Positions 62,481-64,000 of a DNA stretch of 64,000 nucleotides are shown in pieces. Made by a program: the position numbers and the translations under genes. Under the pieces are notes generated by a model. That model was given only the letters and a program-made list of their open reading frames with translations. It did no database searches and was not told where the DNA came from. Each line of letters begins with the position of its first letter. The stretch's first letter is position 1. The stretch comes from Fimicolochytrium jonesii. Its lineage: Eukaryota. The stretch covers positions 124,001 to 188,000 of the forward strand of contig NW_026515691.1 of the NCBI RefSeq assembly GCF_025526975.1, in the 5' to 3' direction.

Positions 62481-63131
62481 TTACGTCCACGGGCATGTGC
62501 CCGTACCACATAGATATGGGACGCCTACCCACACTTTCGACCAAGTCTCAAACGGTAGAAAAGAGAGAGCCGGTACCGAGCTCTTGAAAGTGCGCTTGGG
62601 ACTGCATCGAATTGGTATATAAATCATACTGCAATGGCGAGGAAGAAAGGGGAGATCCACAGGACAAGAATGGTGAATGCGGGTAGCGGGCATATCAGCT
62701 GAGGATCTTGATCGACCGAGGATATGAGTCGACGGACAACCTGAACATCTCGACCCTTTGAAAGAAAATAGCGCCTCCATGAGGCAGACAATGGCGGTAT
62801 AAACCGGCAGCGTATCCGCTAATTTTGCCACGGATGCTATCCAAGGCTGTTCCAAGATTCGCATGGATGCGTTGCGGTTTATTGCGTAGATTTCGACGAT
62901 TTTGCCCAAGCAGAACAGCGCGTTGATGACCAAGGTGGCGATAAGGTATCGAGTCAAGCGGTGGCTCTGAGCAGCGAAATGCAGACGGGCTATTGAACCA
63001 AACTGCAATTGAGGACGACGGTCGCGACGTTCACACCGATGTTGAAAGGTGTCTCGTAGGTCATTGTCGTTCTCTTGCTCTAATCTGGGGGGTCCGTAAG
63101 AATCCGGGTGTGCGAGAAATAGCCGTGCCAA
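62481..63131 (-). other. Possible fragment of a multi-pass membrane protein gene (degenerate)
   Basis: Two hydrophobic helices (YLIATLVINALFCLGKIVEIYAI; TLPVYTAIVCLMEALFSF). Flanking exons could not be assembled. Confidence 0.3.
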
Positions 63132-64000
63132 ACCTCCGCAGAATAACGAAGCTGCAGTTGTTGTGTCGGGTGAAAGTCTGTAGAACTTTTAACGGGGACG
63201 GCCAGCCCTCCCCTACTCTTATAGGGTTTTACGCACAGCAAACGCCAAAGCCAGCTGATCGATGATTGTCTTGAGTTTCTCGCTGTGCTCCCTCTGTTGC
63301 ACCTAATGGGATCTAAATAAAGACTCGAGTTAGCGTTCACGCACTTTCCCATTCAGAAGAACCTGCCGAATGGCCACAGTCCGGTGCCGTGCCTATTTCG
63401 CGACACGTTAAAGGCCTGATTGTGGTTCTGTCTCTCTCCTCGGTCCTGACTCGTGGGAGCCAGTTGTGAGAGTGTGGTGATACGTGGCGTACGCCTTGGC
63501 ACCCATCATTGGGCAAGCGAACGTCTTCGAAGGGTACTTCGATCTTTCATCTAGATAGAAAGCCATGTTGGCACATCCGCTCCCTCGTTTGACAGTGATT
63601 TCGCGATTCAGCAAAGTGTGGCCGTTTACATGTGCATCCATGGATAGGGTCAGAGCTTGGCGAATCGCTTCCTAGCGGGAGGCGATCGAACGTTTTGTCT
63701 CCCGATCCATGAGCTCGCATGGAACTGAGTACTGGTCGGCCACCCAAATAAGGTACGACTCGATTCAGGATGAAAATGAGGAACGTCCGGGGATGATTTT
63801 GAATCGCTCTGCCTCATAACATCTTGACGCCCTGACAGCGTCCTCAAATGATGTCGAGTCGTTGAGTTGGTTGTGACCCGCGGGGACCTTCGCTTCGTCT
63901 CAGATATCTTCGCGCTGTCGATTTTTTCGAAAACTGACAGCATTCCTCCGGGACATCAAGAAGGCACCACAGGAGTCGGCAATTTGTTAATGAACCGCTG

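Overview
Gene-dense eukaryotic DNA with short (~60-100 nt) GT-AG introns and CTRAC-type branch points. Flagellar genes (DNAL1, B9D2) sit alongside fungal-type Sup35/eRF3 and Far11, which points to a zoosporic fungus, probably a chytrid (inference). About 19 genes can be assigned to known families: DNAL1, RFC1, an alpha-arrestin, a PDE9-like phosphodiesterase, a RIM2-like carrier, eRF3, ISU1, a DAG kinase-like gene, ERCC8/CSA, an ING PHD protein, cytochrome b5, TFC6/GTF3C2, TMA16, FAR11, LENG1-like, B9D2, TRM82, YCG1 and TMEM41-like. Orphan or degenerate segments lie between them. The most notable observations are: (1) a spliced orphan gene whose last exon, absent from the ORF track, completes a divergent C-terminal BIR zinc domain; (2) a near-perfect 33-bp-arm AT-rich palindrome between two convergent decayed ORFs; (3) a Q/G/Y/N-rich prion-like eRF3 N-domain followed by exon-encoded, frame-symmetric SISIGG modules; (4) a Sen34 N-terminal-only gene with no catalytic domain; (5) a 5'-truncated, intronless GNAT fragment of possibly foreign origin; (6) a coiled-coil tail-anchored (KASH-like?) orphan head-to-head with DNAL1; (7) recurrent sub-kb C/A-to-G/T strand-composition switches independent of gene orientation. 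I could not support any rRNA, tRNA, CRISPR array or recognisable transposase. Exon boundaries were deduced by eye and gene spans include introns. Family calls are from recognised motifs, not database searches.
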